62,000 nucleotides of DNA from Octopus vulgaris (taxonomy: Eukaryota). The notes below the pieces were generated by a model. It was not told where the DNA came from. It did not search any database and saw nothing but the letters and a program-made list of their open reading frames with translations. Numbering within the stretch: the first letter of the stretch is position 1; each line of letters begins with the position of its first letter. Positions 55,776 to 62,000 of the stretch are shown here, piece after piece. The DNA lies in contig OX597826.1 in NCBI GenBank assembly GCA_951406725.2, forward strand, positions 60,160,001 through 60,222,000, in the 5' to 3' direction. The position numbers and the translations under genes are program-made.

Positions 55776-56100
55776 CTCTTTTTACTTCTTTCAGTCATTT
55801 TGACTGCGGCCATGTTGGTGCACCGCATTTAATCGAGCAACTCGAACCCGGGACTTATTCTATCGGTTGTCAAGCAATGCTAGGGGGACAAACACAGACA
55901 CACAAACATACACGCACATGCATATATATATACATATATACGACGAGATTCTTTCAGTTTCCGTCTACCAAATCCACTCACAAGGATTTGTTCGGCCCGA
56001 GGCTATAGTAGAAGACACTTGCCCAAGGTGCCACGCAGTGGGACTGAACCCGGAACCATGTGGTTGGTAAACAACCTACTTACCACACAGCCACTCCTAT
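55776..56100 (-). mobile_element. SINE family B with internal deletions
   Basis: Colinear with 30593-31009 but reads gggacttattctatcggttgtcaag where the full copy has ~75 more bases. Confidence 0.85.
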
Positions 56101-56112
56101 GTTTCACCCTTT

Positions 56113-56211
<99 letters not shown>

Positions 56212-56493
56212 ATTATATATATATAAGTTAAAACTACAACTTTTAAAATTTAACAAAATGTAACCAAAATTCCTGTAGTCATACCGATATACGATCAAAT
56301 TAAACATTTATAGCTAGCCATTAACTGCAACACAATCAACCTCGAACCCACCAACACAAACGCATTTAAATAGGACAAACATATAATAAGTAAATACATT
56401 CATGTATACAACGTTCTAACAACATGCAGTATTACAAAGGTATGCCTGTGAATAAAGTAAAATACCCATCTAAAAATGTCAGAATGATATGTG

Positions 56494-56542
56494 GACGCCT
56501 CTGATGAGAACCCATTTATGTTCGAAAATCGATTAATGTTGT
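56494..56542 (+). ncRNA. Isolated hammerhead-like motif
   Basis: ctgatga-gaac-ccatttat-gttc-gaaa followed by palindromic atcgat; stem I is weak. Confidence 0.35.
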
Positions 56543-56623
56543 TCATCAATTTTTTTCAGTCTACAGACAAATGAGAAAATTTCCCCTGTTTATAATTGTA
56601 CCATATGTTATACATATACATAT

Positions 56624-56680
<57 letters not shown>

Positions 56681-56856
56681 AGGTGAGAGGAGGGATATAA
56701 TATCCAGGCAGATACCGAATTTCTCTGAGTCAGAATCATTTCTGTCAATGTGTTTTTTGGTACTTTTCCTTTAATTCCTATCTGATGTTCCGGTTTATTT
56801 CTTGGCTTCTTAGGGTGTAAAGAACAATGTGTGTGTGTGTGTGTATCTGTGTGTGT

Positions 56857-57092
56857 GGACTAGTGGTTAGGGTGTGGCACTCACCATCGTAATATTGTGG
56901 TTTCGATTCCTGGAACGGATGACGCGTTGTATTCTTGAACAAAACACTTCATTTCACCTTGCTCCAGTCCACTCAGGTGGCAAAATGTGTAATCCTGAGA
57001 TGGATCGGCGTCCCGTCCAGGTGGGGAATATTTACGCCATTGAAACCGGGAAGCCGGCCTTCATGAACCTTGCATACCTCGAGAAGGAAACA
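56857..57092 (+). mobile_element. SINE family D
   Basis: tagtggttagggtg...gtttcgattcc; cttgaacaaaacacttcatttcaccttgctccagtccactcag; tail cggcgtcccgtccaggtggggaat...gaaaccgggaag. Confidence 0.75.
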
Positions 57093-57118
57093 TTTCTATA
57101 TCATTATTATTATTATTA

Positions 57119-57155
<37 letters not shown>

Positions 57156-57178
57156 GATTGTTGTTGTTATTGTTATTA

Positions 57179-57217
<39 letters not shown>

Positions 57218-57798
57218 GAGTGAGAGAGCAGTTCATGCCATCAAAGTGACACTGGGGTAAAATATAAGAAGCCCAATATACCCATCATGACTACCCGTCT
57301 GATAAGGGTACACCAGGCACATGCATCACAACCATATGTGTGCGATATGGTGATCTCATATCAAGATAAACAGCGCATGACCTTGCAGGTGGGGCCAGTT
57401 AGAATTTTCTTGAGGTTGAGTAGCCCATCCCGCTCAAAAGGTCCCTGAATAAGGGTTATTTAAGGATATTGAAAGAACCACCCATGTTTCCAGAGGTGAA
57501 TTATTCAAACCCCAAAGAATCCCTCTCAACACATAGCTATGATGCTCCCCCACTACTTCTGCGCGTGATCAGAGATGCACATATCGTCAGCCACTAAGGA
57601 ACATGCTCAACTGGTTAAGGTCAAACAACTGACAAGCAAATCTGTGGTATTGAGCAGAATATTTGCTGTAGCCCACCTTTTATACCAAGACAAAACAATG
57701 TACATGATAACACTTCCAATCAGTTAAGATCAGAAGCCATGAGAGCCACTGCCTGGTACTGCATCAGGGCATCCACTGCCTGGTACTGCATCAGGGCA
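57218..57798 (-). mobile_element. Family F element, (TTA)n on both sides, with a 26-bp tandem duplication at one end
   Basis: Reverse complement of 8297-8820; ccactgcctggtactgcatcagggca at 57746-57771 and 57773-57798. Confidence 0.85.
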
Positions 57799-57889
<91 letters not shown>

Positions 57890-58078
57890 GTATTTATGTA
57901 TGTGTGTGTATATATAGTATGCGGAGGGATATAACAACCAGGCAGATACAGATAACGAATATCTGAGGCAAAGTATCAAGGTTGGGTCCCTCTGATTGTG
58001 TGTCTTTTGGTAAGTTTCCTTTAGTTCGCATCCGATGTTCCAGTTTATCTCTTGTTTACTTAGAGTATAACGTATAAT

Positions 58079-58137
<59 letters not shown>

Positions 58138-59741
58138 CATATATGTATATATATATATATATATATATTATATATCTATATATATATGGAGAGAGAGAGA
58201 TAGAGAGAGAGGGGGAGAGAGATAGCTATACGTATATATTATATATATACATGAAATACATGTATGTATATACCTATAAATTTATGTACATGATATATAT
58301 ATATATATTTATGTGTGTGTATGGGTGTGTATGTATATTGTATACCGATATTATATATACACCGAAATACAGAAATCTAATCCAACGTTGATGAAGTTGT
58401 TATGTACGAATTGAAGAAAAGAAACCCACCAACCGTTTCAGAAATATTGACATTCAGTGAGATTGTTGCCGCGCAGAAATTTATGAATTTGACAGTGCAT
58501 CTAATTAAATCAATCAGAATCTGTTTTGTCCCAAGGCACGGTCACTAATGAAGTATTCCATTGCTAGTTATTTGAGAATGTCCGATTTAAAAATTAATAC
58601 TAGTTTTAACTAATGTCTCATATTGTATGAAGGGATAGAATTTCTGATAACAGTTCAATACTGAATCTATCGGATTTGCGGAGAAGTGTTATGATGGCCT
58701 GTGTAGCTATATTCATCCATGTGAAAGGTCATATTAGTGTTCAATAAGTTCCGTTGCCGTGATGAGTTGTGGAGTCAAATGTTCCTAACCTTACCCTTCA
58801 TCTTGGAGTGAAGAAGCGAGAGAGAGAGAGTGTAATGTTATCATATCCTGTGCTGCTTGACAAGTAAATGACGAATGACCGAAGTTGAAGGAGTGTTCGT
58901 GTTGGTGGTGGGACGTGATGTGAGACGAGATTAGGCAATAGTGAATAAAGTTGTACAGGAAGGTTTGGAAGTAAGATAAAACTAATGATGAGGAAACTAA
59001 GAATTGGAGGAATAAATAAGAGTAATATTGTATCGTATGCAGGGCATCATGGACAGGTAGATTTTATTATTACCTTACATGGAGCAATACGTTGCGTTTG
59101 AAAGAGTTTTCGGAAGAGCTAAGTAGAATCTAGTTTTACATCTTACGCTATGTTTGGGACCCCATTCCACACCAACATAAAACTATTGGCTGATATTGCG
59201 TAGTGAAAGCTGTAACAAGAAATCAGAGACTAAATTTTCAATCTGAAAACAATTTCCACGGTTTTCTAACCTCAATTTTCGGTACTGACTAGGAAGGGCA
59301 TGGATAGAATCATTTTACTTCAGCTCGGTTCGCATAAAATATGCAAGAGGTCCACTTCAAAATAAAGAGACTGATGGTACAAATAAAGATTGTTTGAGTC
59401 ATGGAAATACTTACAACACATGCAATTAGAAGAGTTATTTATGTATAACAATCACTATACAAGGATATCTGAAGTAAGAAACACAATCTTTGTAGGTTAA
59501 GATGTATTACTTAATGAAGTCGTTACATGCTCAATCTGGATTTACGTGCTTGATATCATCATTACTTTTGTAACTGTTTAACCCCAGATCGCATCTATGA
59601 ATGATAATCTCCATGATAAAATCTCTTCTAATCCCGATCTCCTCTTCCTTTTTATTATTTTTTTGTTGTTGTTCGCGCAGCATTTATCAGATGCTTTATA
59701 TTCCAGTGTAAGTTAAGGCACTAACTGTAGTCATTACGGTA

Positions 59742-59966
59742 TACTCTTACTCTCTTTACTCTTTTACTTGTTTCAGTCATTTGACTGCGGCCATGCTGGA
59801 GCACCGCCTTTAGTCGAGCAAATCGACCCCCGGGACTTATTCTTTGTAAGCCCAGTACTTATTCTATCGGTCTCTTTTGCCGAACCGCTAAGTGATGGGG
59901 ACGTAAACACACCAGCATCGGTTGTCAAGTAATTCTAGGGGGGCAAAAACACAGACACAAACACAC
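59742..59966 (-). mobile_element. SINE family B, 5'-truncated copy with a tandem tactct tail
   Basis: Close match to 30605-30810. Confidence 0.88.
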
Positions 59967-61031
59967 TGTTATGGTACGCAGAAAATTTTAATTCTAGGAA
60001 GCCGAGCGAAGGCTTAACATACGCCTAGGTGTTCCATTTTCTACCTTATTTTAATGAAGAAATTCGTTTGAAGATATCAATGGTTTTGTTGAAAACTATA
60101 TTATGTTGAATGTATTTATTCATTGTGGCAGCCATATAGCGTTGGCCATGCTAATTTGGAGTTTTTATATTGTTATACATCCACTCCTATGTACACTACA
60201 CATATTTACATATAGATGTGTGCATGTGTGTGTGTGTGTAAGCGTGTGTGTGTGTGTGTATCTGGCTGGCTGTCTGTTTCTCTCTCTCTCGTTCTCTCTC
60301 GTTCTCTCAATATATATGTATATATGCATGGATGTATTGTAACAAGGAAGGACAGTAGCTCCGGTGGGAGCGCTGCAAAATATTTTTTTGTTTTTTTTGT
60401 TTACTTCAGACGACTCTTCTTTTGACTCTCACCTGTGGGTCTTTATGCACAAGACAATTCGTCAACTCCAGAGCTGTCTCAAACAGTCTAGCTAGCTGAC
60501 CAATCTTAAATTTTTGATGTAGGTCTTAAAACATTTCTGTGTCGTACGAAGAGCAATAAAATATCAGGTATAGTTTTGATCATAGGATGGTACTCTGCTA
60601 GAGCGAGGGTATCGTAGACTCATTCCGTATGTATGCGTAGCTGCTCGTTGCTATTTCACATTTCTTGTTGGCCAATGTTTTCCGCATTGGATACATACAC
60701 GGTTCTTAATTTGTGATCAGGTTACCAGTGAAGATCATTTTCTGTGACTCGTAAACAACTTTCGTATGATTTCAAAGATTTATTTCATTTTTCCGTCTAC
60801 AACAATCACTTTTGCGAAAAATGGCACTCTAAACAGTCGCAATGGTCATGCTTTTTTTGTGACATCGTAGAGGTTTTCAGGTGATAAACGAATCTCTCTC
60901 CAAGGACAGGAGGCATCTTTATGAAGTGTGATATGATACTGACTCTATACCAATCAATCGACACCCCTCACTAAATTTGCCGTTCGTGAAGAAGGTATGA
61001 CGCTTTCCGAATTGCGTCAGCTGTCCCTTTT

Positions 61032-61430
61032 TATTGGGTTGTCCGGAAAGTTCGTGCCGATTTTTAAAAAAAGGAAAACGTCAATAAATACTTGCTATTA
61101 CATTTTTAATCAACTAAATATAAACCATTTTTTTGCAAAATGCGTTTCCATATTTCCTTTAACTAGAAAATACCCCCTTACCAGAATTGAGGTAGTTTCA
61201 TGGTAAAAAAAATTCATCAAGATATTATTTTACGTTATCCAAGGAATTGAAATTTTTACCATTAAGACTATTCTGCAGAGACCTGAATAAGTGGAAATCC
61301 GAAAGAGCAATATCTGGTGAATATGGAGGGTGGGGTAACACATCCCAGCCGAGCTGCAGCAATTTTCGTCTGGCTCCCAAAGCATCAAGTGCGGAAAATG
61401 AACTCTTTTATCTTCAATTAACACAGGTTA
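61032..61430 (-). mobile_element. Mariner (Tc1/mariner) DNA transposon 3' remnant with TIR and TA target site
   Basis: Manual translation KLLQLGWDVLPHPPYSPDIALSDFHLFRSLQNSLNGKNF; TA followed by ttgggttgtccggaaagttcgtgccgattt at 61032-61063. Confidence 0.88.
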
Positions 61431-62000
61431 TAGGAATATAAATCTTCTTCCAAGAAAAGATAGCTTAAACTGTGCTATAAATGGAAGTGTAGTCAAATCC
61501 TATTTTATGAATTCAACCATAGCAAAAAATTCTATGCCCCCACACGGAGCATAGAAGTGCGGGTAAATGAGCATTGGAGGGAACTTAAGGAAGATAAGAG
61601 ATCATCGGTTCTGTACCAGCACGGGGGGCTCGCTCAACAACATAGAAGTTAAAATCTTCAACATACAACAGACGCAACGCTTAGACAAATTACAGAAGCT
61701 ACACACATAATAGAAGATAAACCTAGCCTGAATAGGAAGCTGGAATGGAATACTAGCACACACCCACAACACACCACAACATACGACAGAATGAGAGCCC
61801 CATAAACTAATAATAAAATGAGTATAATATAAACTATATACAGATAAACAAATGGAATTAAATAACTATATACGTTAACAAAATAAATTAAATTAATTAC
61901 AAAAAAGAAAGAATAGAAAAAATAAGTAGGTATAAACACATGAACAAAATAAATAAAGACAAATTAAATGAACGTGTATAAACAGGGGATAGTGCTAATA

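Noticed and set aside
60400-60900. Possible second transposase remnant beside the mariner end
   Set aside because: Only a vague FFAKVIVVDGK resemblance; catalytic motifs not recovered

Overview
Repeat-saturated, AT-rich eukaryotic DNA with no protein-coding gene I can support. The SINE repertoire and microsatellite load suggest an octopod cephalopod intron or intergenic region (inference). Almost all ORFs in the track are translations of (TA)n, (CA)n, (AAT)n or (GATA)n tracts. Supported content: (1) at least five tRNA-headed SINE families, here called A-E, some with target-site duplications; (2) decayed autonomous elements: two R4/Dong-type RLE retrotransposon 3' fragments in a (TAA)n array, an RTE-like RT remnant, a CR1/L2-like 3' end and a mariner 3' end with its TIR; (3) a Helitron-associated non-autonomous element and two foldback/MITE-like structures; (4) a 57/56-bp minisatellite with a dimeric higher-order repeat; (5) a ~520-bp element found twice, both times inside (AAT)n. 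The most interesting signal is a ~200-bp non-coding family with seven copies, mostly embedded in (TA)n. It carries a minimal type I hammerhead-like motif with a covarying stem I, an extra A after A9 and a loopless ACGU stem III, resembling Penelope-associated or retrozyme hammerheads. All calls were made by eye, without database searches.
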